A DNA stretch of 63,451 nucleotides, the filler included, from Octopus bimaculoides (lineage: Eukaryota), in the NCBI RefSeq assembly GCF_001194135.2. It is 6 parts of 6 records of this genome, joined end to end, with 100 filler letters (N's around TTAATTAATTAA, not from the genome) between each part and the next. Parts side by side here need not be neighbours in the genome. Positions count along the whole stretch, not along the records: positions 11,292 to 40,559 come from NC_068989.1; 5 more parts are not named here. One strand, given 5' to 3'. Below the pieces are notes generated by a model, which worked only from the letters and a program-made list of their open reading frames with translations, was not told the DNA's origin and ran no database searches. Made by a program: the position numbers and the translations under genes. This document shows, one piece after another, positions 11,640 to 24,153 of the stretch; positions within the stretch are counted from its first letter, which is position 1, and the number at the start of each line of letters is the position of its first letter.

Positions 11640-12717
11640 GTAACCAAATTAACAATCAGTTCTGTGTGAAGTATGGCAGATACGTAGAGAGTTATTGAAA
11701 ACATAGACCTTAAGTAAATGAAAGCCAAAAATGTTGTAAATTTTGTGTATGGATAGATGAAAATGTCTGATGCTGCAGACGATATACACATATAATATAT
11801 CTGAACGCTAAATAAGAATCATATCTTATCTGCAAATACGATGATAATTTTGTTCTTCCAGCCTGCCGTGATAGTGAAATGCAAACATTCCACTCACTAT
11901 TAGAACTATATTATTTCTTCTTCCTTCATAATATTTCATTTATCGTTCTTATTAATTACTTGTGCTTTCTCTTTCTGTTCATTTTCTTTCTTTTGGAAGA
12001 ATCTTCTTTAAACAAGTCTTTACTGAACTACGTATTGCTTTTTGTTTTATTGTCACTTCCAGCGAAACCATACTTCAGTTTAACTAATGCTTTACAAAGA
12101 CACAAACTGCAGATAAATCAAGATGTTTCATTCTTTTCTAGTATATGGTATTTTACCTATTCATCCATTACAGGTTTCTACTGCATATGTTTGGTGTTAC
12201 ATTGCATCGGTACATCACCTTAACGCCGCTCATTAGTTTTCTTTAATCTATGCCTGTAACCGGCGAGGAACACTTAGTTAAATACTTGACGTAAATCATC
12301 CTAAATTCTGGATGAACACTTACAATATAAGGAAGTTATACCAAAGAATATGTTTCTTACGTTTGTGATCTGGTGTATTAATATCTTTTAATCTATTGCT
12401 TTGTTAATGCATTGTAGTAATAATAAATTCCGTGCTAAAAATACGCATGATTATATAATTTGAATATATGCTTACAAATTATATTACGTATTTGTCAATT
12501 ATTATTGGTCGAAGATTTGAAATTATATTAATACCTTACAAATTCCCGGTAGGAAAACTTTAGAGACGGTATATACCACCATATTGATATTGAGTTTATC
12601 TAACGAATTAGCTATACTTTGATCTGAATCTACTAATGATTCTAAATTTAACTCTTTGACTATATTAATGAACTCCTTCCCTGTAAGAATTATTGTGTGC
12701 ATATTGATTAGTTGCAA
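11640..12717 (-). pseudogene. Decayed class-A peptide-type GPCR (myosuppressin/sex-peptide-receptor/Srw-like)
   Basis: Ordered minus-strand fragments: TM1-like VVYTVSKVFLPGICK; TM3-like TSSI*LSV-LAGYRH (family motif TxSIWLTVxLAxxRY, Trp to TAA plus frameshift); TM5/ICL3-like FICSLCLCKALVKLK..KRKKMNRKRK; TM6-like IVLIVSGMFAF; TM7-like YYMCISSAASDIFIYPYTKF. Many stops and frameshifts. Confidence 0.5.
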
Positions 12718-12974
12718 AATGTATAATGCAACATCACAGGAAGACCGACACTTTACAGAAGAATATTTTCAGAAGTGAGTCTAAGTAGTTTAATTCTAGC
12801 AAGTCACAAACCTCAGCCGACTTCATCGTATGATCTCGTGACTACATCAAATAATTTCGGGTTATTATATTTAATTCAAAGACAATTATAGTAATATAAC
12901 AATGCTTTTCTCGCATGTATCAGTCAGAGCCGGAATCTCTAATTGGAATGAAATACACACAGACACATACAATG

Positions 12975-13069
12975 CGAGAGAGAGAGAGAGAGAGAGAAAG
13001 AGAAAGAGAGAGAGAGAGACAGAGGGGGAGAGAGATAGAGAGAAAGTTGGGAAAAGAAGAAAGAGAGGG

Positions 13070-13114
<45 letters not shown>

Positions 13115-13229
13115 TGATTATATATTGTACATATATTATATATTAATATATACATATATGATTATATTATGTATATATATATATTTCTTAATATATACAC
13201 ATATATACATATCATATACATACATTATA

Positions 13230-13300
<71 letters not shown>

Positions 13301-13340
13301 TACGTATATATATAAATATATCATATATCATATATATGTA
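12975..13340. repeat. (GA)n followed by a long (TA)n-rich tract
   Basis: Directly visible. Confidence 0.95.
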
Positions 13341-13439
13341 TACACACACATACACCTCAAATACTACGTATGTCAGTGTAATTGTGTGTGATGGGTGTGA
13401 TTGTGGGAGGATAATCACTTGTATATTCCTTCACTTTGA

Positions 13440-13720
13440 AGGTAGCTGCGTTACCCTTGACAATCTGAATGGCCACTTTAATAATGAATTTAATATTGCC
13501 AGTGCTGCCAAAGAACTGTCCAGAAGTGGGATCTCTACGTGAGTGGGTTTTACATGGAACTTGCTGCGAGTTCGGAAATATCAGCAGATAAATTATTTTC
13601 TGCTTCTGGAGCCTATTTTTGATGCAGTATGTTTATGCTGAGTGTTAGCGCGTGCATGTATTTTTTTCTTCTTAACAGGTTGGAGGATTTCAGGAAGCGT
13701 TGACCTTCAAGGATTTACTT
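13440..13720 (-). mobile_element. Decayed PIF/Harbinger-like transposase C-terminal fragment
   Basis: Minus frames give QRFLK, HKHTASK, YFRTRSKFHVKPTHV and RDPTSGQFFG, resembling the Harbinger C-terminal ..LHNxLRxRxxxxYxPxxxVDxEDxxTG. Shares colinear exact DNA words with the 23.4 and 27.6 kb islands. Confidence 0.38.
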
Positions 13721-16700
13721 TAATGCTGTTTGCTTTTAGTGAGTGGGTGACGTGTTTTTCATGTGTGAAATGTTTGTTCCTTTAAATAGTTAGAAAAATA
13801 ATATCATACATAGACATCTATATTTCCAAAAACAGTTTTTAACAATGAGAATCAGTAATATATATATATAAAAAAAATTCCAAATAGGCATATTGAAGTA
13901 TTGGACACTATGGAATATATAGCTGGAAATAGCAAGTACCAAAGCGTAAATCACTTTTGGAAAGATTGAATATGGTCATGGACTTAAAATTGCCAGATGC
14001 GTTTGGCATCAAATCGCTCATCAAGACGGCATAACATATAGCACCCAAACTTTCATTCCTTTCACATAATTTTCTACCGCTGCCACACTGACCTCCATTT
14101 TTCATAGCTTGCTAATTTCGTTCTCCTTCATCACCGACCACACATCTTGCTCATGTCCTCTCCCCTATTCAGTCCTTAATATTAGATTTATGATCCAATC
14201 CTTGTATTCCTCTCGGATTCTAATACTTAGGGTATTGCCTCCGAGCCTTTATTTTCCATACTCTTGTTCGCGAACACCATATGCAATGATCTCACGTTTT
14301 CAGACATCTTTGAATNNNNNNNNNNATATATATATATATATATATATATACATACACATGTATATCTATATATTTCATAGAATTGTAATATACTTCTCAA
14401 CTTTGGTAGGCCCTTCCTTAAGCTATCCTTCTTTTTGTAACCCAACTCTTGTCCTTCGTTTTAAACATACAATAACTATTACCATCATGAACATCATGCA
14501 CGGTCTACTTATCACTGGATGATAACAATTTAATGTAAATACCTCTAGGCTGTCGTTTGACTTGCTAGAAACACCAGTGTAACGGTCTTATCGTTTTTCA
14601 TTTTAAACCTAAATAGATTCAGAATAGAAAGGACACAATACATATTGTAGAAAGAAAGACGCTATATCTGAAAAATCGAAATAGGTGTCGATGTGTAAAA
14701 AGAAGAAGAAAAAAATAATAAAGGAAGAAAAGAAACACTGAAATTATTTTGAGGATATATCTACTCGATGTACTCGAGCAGAGCCGACCTGGAGGTTCAA
14801 AGATAACAATTATACTGTCATTGTTATTCATCATCTATATAGCTGAAATCGATTTAGAGTTAATACTTCCTAAAACAAAATTTCTGTCGCTTCAGAATTT
14901 GCATCGGAATTTCCGTGAATAAAGTACTTATAGGTAAAGATGTAACAAAAATACACCCCATTAGTTGGATACCTTAACATCAAAGCTTGTTCTCCGTTAT
15001 TGATTCTTTGCTTTACAACCTTATGTGTGTCATTTGAGAGATATAAAAATCAATTAAACATCAGCATTTATCTGATTGTTACTATAGCTTCGCGCGATAA
15101 CACCTTTCCAGCCTTCAACGTAGCCGACTGGCGTTTCTATAGGAAGAACAATCGTAGTCAATTTTATTTCAAAGAGACCATAGCCGATAACATAATTATA
15201 TGCTATGAAACAGTCTCTGTAATTTTTTTTATTTCATTTCATTAGAAAAAAGAGGTGAAAAGTGTGTCAAATAAACATATAAGACACGTGGTGTTTCATA
15301 TACGAAGTACACATGCAAATACGATATATTAACATTACACAATTTTACTTAATTTCCAAATTATTTATTATTAGTAAATTCAATAAAACAAATATAAGGT
15401 AAGACGTTTCTGACAGACTGTATACAATATATAAATATAAACAATATAAACAAGATAGTGTTTAATTTGACTTCAAGAGTAGGATACAACACAACGCGAT
15501 GGAAGGAGATCAACACTATATATATTTGATATTTTGTTATCAACAAGATTGATTACGTGTCTTATAAAAATTAATAGTAGCTTATTTTAGGCCTCACTTG
15601 AGATGTTATCAGATATGTTCATGACGGCATTGGATTTAGATAATTTGTTAGAATTCAAATTTTACTAAATATAACTTTGAAGCAGTTTATGCGGTTACCT
15701 TATTTAAGATATATAACCGTATGTTAATACACGGTATTTGATATAATGGTGTAAATTAGATATTAACATAAATATATAGGTCTATATTTAAAGTGTTACC
15801 ACACGTGTTGTAATTATGACACGTGTGATAATTACATGTCATAATTGCAAGGTTGTATAAACATCACATTTGATTTGTTACCATAAATATCGTGACATAT
15901 ATATATACATACCACACAGTTTATTATGACAAGATAATATTAACATAAATTCAAAACGGAATAATTTCATAGGGAAAATGCGCAATAATGAAAATATTTG
16001 TATTTACATATTCATAAACAAAATCGTGGATCGGGGATTATTTTAGAAGTTTCTAAATGCTTTTAGTTCCCATCTTGTCTCCTCAACGAAAATCATGAAA
16101 ACTAAAATTGCAAGATATGTACTCATAACAAACTATGATGGCATTATTTAGTTTTATTTTTTCTGGTTATACACGCTGTTATCATCGTGCGTTTCATTTT
16201 TAGATCGAACATTAAAAGTCGATATTGATCAATTCTAGTAAAAACTAAACTTTTACGTACGAAAGAAACCACTTCATCGATTATCAATTCATACACCTAT
16301 CAAAAGAGATGCTCACTTTTCCTTCCCTATTGGAGCACTATTATCCAAATGTAGCATACAGATTAATAACGGCTTTGCCTTTCACAAGATAGTATTAACT
16401 AAGCCATATATTCCCTTCTCTCTTCAGCCTTTCCAGAAGAAAAATGCATAACAAAAACAAAAAAAATCTCACATTTGCTCTATTCACATTATATATATAT
16501 ATATATATATATAATTTTTGACGCATTATATCAAATAAATAACAGGGAAATAAAACCATTTCGATTTAATGGACACTGTAGATTCAAATACAAAATAATA
16601 AACAGATTACATTTGTTTAAGATTGCGTGACACTCTTCATTCTCAAATGTCTATTAAAACGGTTCATGAAATGATATTTTTAGTTGGAAGGGAACAGATC

Positions 16701-16934
16701 ATCGACATGAGATAAAGAATACTTAGCATTATCACAGCATAAATTACCATTAGGTAGTAATTACCTTCTCTGTATGGAAACTTAACGTCATTAATAACGA
16801 ATATATACGCACGTTCCGGTTAGGGATGTAGCAAATATATTCAAATGAATCTTTACTTTATAAAAAACCTATTAGTGTTTCTCAATGCATTGTTCCACTA
16901 CTGATAGACACTGTGGTTCACAACATTTATATTA

Positions 16935-17325
16935 GATTTATGGTTTTCCCCTGCTACAATTTGGACTACATATGTCATAGTATTGTTTTAAGAGGGGCAC
17001 ATAGAAAAAATAGGAATTTTACAATGAGACCACTAGGGTCTTAATAAAACGAAATATACTTTGCTCGAACAAAAATTGGCAACCGCCCAAAATAGCAAAG
17101 CACAGCATTACAGCTAATGCCTTATATGTAGTATTAATCCAGTCCTTTAAAATATCGTATTCACTGAGGAACGACAAATCTCTAGTTGAATTTTACGATA
17201 CCGGTCGTAAAACATCTGTACTTCCTAGCAAACCAGGGCAAGAAGCACGTTATGTACCTGAAGAACACATGCGTTTGAAATATTCTGCACGATTAGATAC
17301 CATTCTGGCATCTGATTACGCTTAA
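16935..17325 (+). mobile_element. PIF/Harbinger (HARBI1-like) transposase C-terminal part; 17014-17325 is stop-free
   Basis: Translation EFYNETTRVLIKRNILCSNKNWQPPKIAKHSITANALY...YVPEEHMRLKYSARLDTILASDYA* aligns by eye to recalled HARBI1 YNxxHxxTxxVIExxFxxLCSRF..YSPEKSSHIILACCVLHN..EEYEHM. A GFPPATIWTTY segment lies upstream in another frame. Confidence 0.45.
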
Positions 17326-19226
17326 AAGCAACGTAATTTGTTTTTACCACTACTTGTGAGAATATGAGGCTATTGTCTCGTTAAATGCCTCTCATTGAAA
17401 TTTGTGGCGTTAGCATACAATTCGTAACAATAAACTACATGTATTCTTTTCAACCCACAACGGCTAGATTGGGCAGCTATATAAGTAGAGTAATAAACAA
17501 GGAAGAAATGAGGAAAGGTTCTTACGGTGTAGAGAAGGAAGTAGCCTTTAGCTATTTCAGGGACAAGGGCCTATAATGATATGCTACTTGCCTCTAAAGT
17601 AATTTATTTCACATAAACAGGGAGTATTATCGTAGAATCCCTAATATAATACTTCTTACATACAATCAGGAATACTTTATGTATTACTAGAAGTACAATG
17701 AACATAATCGAATATCTAAAACATCGATGATATTACAAGTAAAGGTATGGAAAATCAATGAATCAACATCCGTTAGACCTTCCATTGACACACCATAATA
17801 TCAAAAATAATTAATATCATATAATTTCTGGTCAAAAGGTATACTCAAATACAATTCACACCCGGCCCATCATTCATTATATAAACCAAAGAAAATTGTC
17901 TTCCAGTCTTTAAAACATACTTCATTATATGTAAGATCAGTAACTAGGTATCAATTTAGGGATACTACTATTTGCATATAAAATAACTCTCATAACGTTT
18001 GAATTAGTTGTCTATAAAAACAAAAAAATATTATTCACAATCCATAACTTCAAGCACATGTCATCAACTTTATTCATCATAATCCACTTCACGAAACCTA
18101 AAATTGATTTTTCAATCCATAATTCTGAAAAATGACATTAAATTTACGTCAAAATATAAACATTGTTTTCAATCTGAATACACTAGTATTTAAAAATTAA
18201 CATTTAGATATTGAACATTACGATTAAAATAGGAGCAAATAAAAATAATCTATCTCCCGCCGAACGGAAGAGCTTGCTGGACATTGATCAGTATAAACAT
18301 TGACATTTGACTTTCAGATTAGACATTCAAATATTAAAGTTTTATCTAAAATCTTCTCATTCCAAGATACGCCATACTGTTCGTAGGCAATTCATCAGTA
18401 TTTTTACTTACAAAATTTTGTATAAATATATATCAAGTTTTACTGAGCTAGTCAGTGATATTAATTAACATCCACACACTCATAAACACACGAACATAAA
18501 CATACACAGGCACAGACGCTTATATGAGTGAAGTAAATAACAAACGAGGAAAACGGAATACAATATAACTTGACGTTAATTTTACGCTTAAAAAAAAGGA
18601 GGACGTTTAGTGTTTCATATTTGAGGCGTTCAGCAGAAGAAAAACCAGTGGAGAATGAGATCGAGCGAACAAGAAGGAAAGTATCGAAAACAGTATTTTA
18701 ATTTTAAAAAGTCCAAAATTATGTGAGGCCCATGCCAACTCCGTTTTAAAAAGTAACTCGCATGTGTAAGAGGAAGAACATAGATTCCGCTTTAGATAAT
18801 AAATGGAATTTATTGGTTTCTTTCTCTTTCTTCCTTTNNNNNNNNNNNNNNNNNNNNNNNNNNNNNNNNNNNNNNNNNNNNNNNNNNNNNNNNNNNNNNN
18901 NNNNNNNNNNNNNNNNNNNNNNNNNNNNNNNNNNNNNNNNNNNNNNNNNNNNNNNNNNNNNNNNNNNNNNNNNNNNNNNNNNNNNNNNNNNNNNNNNNNN
19001 NNNNNNNNNNNNNNNNNNNNNNNNNNNNNNNNNNNNNNNNNNNNNNNNNNNNNNNNNNNNNNNNNNNNNNNNNNNNNNNNNNNNNNNNNNNNNNNNNNNN
19101 NNNNNNNNNNNNNNNNNNNNNNNNNNNNNNNNNNNNNNNNNNNNNNNNNNNNNNNNNNNNNNNNNNNNNNNNNNNNNNNNNNNNNNNNNNNNNNNNNNNN
19201 NNNNNNNNNNNNNNNNNNNNNNNNNN

Positions 19227-19272
<46 letters not shown>

Positions 19273-20389
19273 CTGCCCAAAACATGTATACACACTTCAG
19301 GAAAAAAAAATCTGTATAAATATCTTAATTCACTGCTATCGCAATTTGATAAAACATCGAAAGAGTTATCTATATTTACAGAGGTACATATACAAATTCG
19401 ATATGTATGCAGAATTTTCCTTTCCTGATGTGTTTATACATCTTTTGGGCGGGCTAATACATACATATATATACACACGCGTACACGTATGGAAACTGGT
19501 ATTTTTAAGCTTCGTGTAACATACGAATATTTCCCCAATTTTATTCTCCCCCATGTGCAAGTCAACTGAACAAGTTGAGCGATCCGATAGGCACGATACT
19601 TCCATATTCTTAACAAAAGTCATAATACAATGTTTCTTTCCAGCCTTTATACAACTATCCATGCATATTATGGGTAAGCAATTTGATTAAGTCGTGCAGT
19701 GAGTGTATACCCGAAATCATGAGGTTTCCAAGTGAGCGACTTAATTATCTAGCTTCGATAAGTATATTTCAATGTAGATGAAAACAATTTTTACTCATAA
19801 TGTGATGTACGGACAAGAAGATTAATATTAAAGTTTATCTAAGAGATTTCCCCTGGCATTACACACAATCTCCGTACCCTGTACGATATTCCATTTTCTT
19901 TGCAGTATGAGTGATTCTATTCTCTTTCCAGAAGTTAACACACTCTAAAAGAAACTACTCAAAATTAAACTACAAAATCATTGTTTGCTTTGGTAGGGAT
20001 TCTACAAATATACGAAGGCATAGTATTTACACAATCTTACATTCTAACTTTCCCCCTCTCTCTCTCCTTCCGTTTCTCTCTGCGTCTCTTTTCTTCCCCC
20101 TCCTTCTCTGCGCTTCCTTCTACCGTACACAAAAGTAAATTAGCAGAAGAGTGTAAAGATGATAAAACAAACCTAAGTCAATAAGTTCCATCCGTTTTAG
20201 TGGTGTAGTCCAGATTACATGAGATCATGGATGACATATTATTGTCTGTTAAAGCTAGTCTACTGGGATTTGCGTGATTCTAATCGTTTTAAAATGAATG
20301 GCATACCGTACAATGTAAAATTGCATGCTAAAGACAAGATAATCTGCAGAAGTTTATTGACTTCTATTACTAAATTCAAATAAAGTCAG

Positions 20390-20775
20390 TGAGCTGAAAG
20401 AACCGTCGACATGTCGAGCAAAATGCTCAACGGCATGTCACCAGTCATTAAATTATGTGTTCAAATTCTGCCGAAGCCAACTTTGCCTTTCATGCTTGAT
20501 ATAATTGGTACTTCTTTCCGGGAAATTGGTGGCCTTATGCCAAGATTTGAAAGCATTATTAATTTCAAATAAAAGTCACGGTTGACATGTTCATTAGCAT
20601 GCCGGCAAAATGCTTCGAGGCATTTCGGTCATCGTTATATTCGAAGTTAAACTTACTCTTCATCCTGACGCGGTCGATAAAATGAGTACTAACTGAGCTC
20701 TGGGGTTGATGTAATTGAGTTTACCCTTCCTAACAGTATTCCCAGTCTTGTATCTATAGTAGAAAGGATTATTAA
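20390..20775 (+). mobile_element. Two tandem decayed family B SINEs
   Basis: Two successive heads (GTGAGCTGAAAGAACCG; GCATGCCGGCAAAATGCTT), each with GTTCAAATT/GGTCGATAAAAT remnants and a tail. Confidence 0.7.
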
Positions 20776-21065
20776 AATTCAAATAATTATCCATGAACTT
20801 TGAAATTGTTTGCTTACATTAAAGATTATTTATATTTTCTTTCATCTTGTATAGCCTCCACTTCATTCTTTTCTTATATTAGTTTTACTTCAGTTTTACA
20901 AAACCACATTTGAAGTGGATTCTAAATTAATATATTTCATAAAATCAAAATGTTTTTTTTTGTATTTTATAGTAAATAAGATACGCTTTGTTCATAAATG
21001 GTTAAGTAAATAATATATTACTTCTAATATTATATAACATATTATTTCCAAAATAGGTGCAACGT

Positions 21066-21500
21066 AAGGTGTCGAGCTGGGTATTATGTCTGTCTTCACA
21101 TTCTGCCTGTGTTCAAATTCCACCGGCCTTTATTTTGCCTTTCATCTTTTCGGGGTCGATAAAACTACTTGGCCTTATACCAATATCTGAAATCAATATT
21201 AGTCCAATGTGTTACTCTTGTTGAACTTTTTTATTGGTCGCTTGAATAACTTCATTTATTTAATATTTGCTTAAGAGATTAAAGCGGCGAGCTGGCAGAG
21301 TCGTTACCACGCCGGGCAAAATGCTTCGCGGCATTTCGTCTATCTTTACGTTCTGAGTTAATTTTCAGCCAAGGTCAACTTTGCCGTTCATCCTTCGGGG
21401 TCGATAAAATAAGTACCAGTTGAGCACCCGGCGCCGATGTTATCGACTGTATCTCTCCTCATAAATTGCTGACCTTTTTCCAAAATGTTAAACGAATATT
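21066..21500 (+). mobile_element. Two family B SINEs (about 21066-21205 deleted; about 21281-21500 near full)
   Basis: AAAGCGGCGAGCTGGCAGAGTCGTTACCACGCCGGGCAAAATGCTT etc. Confidence 0.85.
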
Positions 21501-22040
21501 TGCTTGGCAGAGGGCATTAATTCTAGGTATTGATATTAGAGATAACAATCTTAACAGACATTTGATTTACATAACTTGACGCATTTCAAACCTGGTGTGA
21601 CAATATGCCAAGAAATAGTATAAAGGAAAAGCTAATTCGAAGACTACAGATCTAAGACCAGAAAAGGAAAACCAGAAAAACAAGAAAAAACAAATCCAAG
21701 ACCAGAAAAGGGAAAACTAATTTGAAGACTACAGATCCAAGCCTTCGCTGGAAGTGTAAAAGTCTGTAAAACTTGCTAGAAGTTAATCGTTTAAGTCTAT
21801 ATGCGCACGTCTAGAATGCAATTATATACATAAGGATACATGTATAAAACACAACATGCAAATCTGTACATGCATTAAATCCAAATACTGCACACATACA
21901 CACATAAATGCAAAAATGCCCTGTTGATATTTCGCTGTTGTCAAGAAATCTTGAGATACAACTAAAAAATGACATAGATACATGTATAGTTAATGCATGC
22001 ATACATTCATACATTCATACACCCACCCATCCATACATAC

Positions 22041-22128
<88 letters not shown>

Positions 22129-23332
22129 CATATATGTGGTATTGTGGTCCAAAAGAAGAGGTAAAATTAAGAAGTATATATTTCTTGTATCTAGCTGCAA
22201 TCTACAGATCTACAACATATGTACCACGAAGGTCGACAATTTGTCGAGCTGCACTTATCATACTAAAATCTTTATTTATACAACATGCTTCTCTTGCAAT
22301 ATTCAGTCTCCACCAAATTACAGTCACTTATTTATAATACGTGCCGGCAGAATAAAGCAGTGACTAACTTGTTGTCAACATGTAACCAGCAACGCTATTG
22401 CTTCTCAACAACTACAATTTGAAATATAATCAATAGTGTTAGCATAATGCATACCTTGCTCATTATATCTTAATGCGTTTGAATTAGTCTGAATACCGAT
22501 AACATGCATAAAGATATTTGTGTAGATAAACTAATTTGACTTCATATATTAATGACCAAAATGTTGTTTAGTTTATGGCAGTCAATATTCTTGTGTAATG
22601 AATTTTAATAATGCTGCTCACCTTTAATGTCACTTTGTGTATGTAAAGTGTATATAATTATAAGATGAAATTAAAACCAGTTCTAAAGAATGTTTCATAA
22701 TACTATGTAAAGAGTGGTAAAATAAAATCAAAATAAAAAGATAATAGGCTTATCAGATATATTAACTGAATTTCCTAGAAACTGTTAATGAAACATAAAC
22801 TAAATTAAGTAGGTACTGTTCACAAAAGCATTAATAAAATTGGTATTAGAGACTGTAAAATGGCAATAGTATAATAAACCCTAAGCGAACAGCATGAACA
22901 AAGGAAATACAAAAAGAATATTTTAGTCGAAAAACGTCAGCAACATAGCAACGGTAACGGCATATATATAAGCAGCAAACGTTATTAATTGCCATGGAAA
23001 AAATATCAAAAATAAAAAAAATTAAATAAAATATTTTAACGAAAACTTATAAGATGCATGTGAGTTACATATGAAATTTACACACATATATTTATAAACC
23101 TAAACCATTAAGATGGTTTGCATGTAAATCTATTACTGTATAAAAGTTACTAATGCATTAATATAAACAGTTACTAATGCATTAAACAAAAAAATTAAAT
23201 AAAAATAAAGTGTAGACATTAGAAAATTAAAGTGTAGATTTATTTTCAGATTTAGTGTTTGTTTCTGAATAAATAACGACAACGGATTTTTAAATCAAAA
23301 TATGTTACTTTACATATTTGTTCTCCTTGTAA

Positions 23333-23529
23333 TTATTTTATCGAAAAAAAAATCAATTTTTTTAAAAACAAGACAATACCGTCTGTATGGGAGTGGTTAT
23401 GATAAGTTACATTTGGTTGCGTGTTATTACGATGTTTCTTTCTGCGAGTTCGATCCCACAGAGCCGTGAAATCTTTGATGCACTTCTCCGCAGTGTGCTT
23501 TTGATGAATGCCTTCCGAGTAAAATTGCT

Positions 23530-23567
<38 letters not shown>

Positions 23568-24153
23568 TGTGTGTGTGAATCCCCATCGATATACCTTAAA
23601 TGTTGACGCCTGCCCATATTTAACGGAAATACTACGTTGGAAGCGTTTAGTCAGGTTTCCATTGTAAGACAACCCGCCTCCTTCCCTTCCACCGGTTATT
23701 CTGTATCTTCTAGTCAGGAGGGAGGTGTTGCCCACGATCCTTGATATAACATCCAAGTCTGAATAGATCCAGAATTTCCTCAAACAGGATACTTAGCTTG
23801 AACACTCACAGCAGCGTTGTCTCCATTGAAAGCGTCGAAGATGCCAAATAGTGGTATATGACCGAGTGATGGATTAAATACACTATCTATGTAGGATATT
23901 GTAGAATTTGAACTAAGAATGTAAAGAACTGTAACAAATACTACGGCACTTCCAGTCCAACTCACGTACAGGGCCGACAATCCACAACCGACATCAGTAT
24001 TTCTTTATCGAAACACCACCCGCCCACAGTATGATAGGCAAAGCTGCGCTCAGCGGGATTTGGATTCAGAGCCGAGAGAGTCGGAACCAAGTTCACTATC
24101 TTGAACACGTTAAAGAAATTTGCACGTTTGTTCTTCCTCTTTTGATTACTCAA
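23333..24153 (-). mobile_element. Decayed PIF/Harbinger (HARBI1-like) DDE transposase, most complete copy, interrupted by (GA)n(GT)n
   Basis: Colinear minus-strand motifs: ILMSVVDC (cf. VMGVVDC), HHSV..TLSMET, *VFKLSIL, IVGNTSLLTRRYR (cf. LLGDS..LLTPYR), SYN..KRFQR, QFYS..TAEKC..ALWD (cf. LQYSPEK..CVLHN). Stops and frameshifts present; GC higher than the flanks. Confidence 0.5.

Noticed and set aside
13860-14315. Possible LINE endonuclease fragment (CERNESLG..DLMPN)
   Set aside because: Resemblance to the GxRNxxG motif is too weak to assign.
23333-24153. PP2C/PPM phosphatase reading (GGWCFDKE, LFGIFDAFNGDNAA, NGNL..RSI, ALWD), with similar fits at 13.5, 17.2, 27.6 and 30.2 kb
   Set aside because: It needs a 31-nt intron or large deletions and loss of nearly all catalytic residues, and similar fits appeared in the wrong order in an unrelated ORF (39737..39985). 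The Harbinger reading is more colinear. Not formally excluded without an HMM search.
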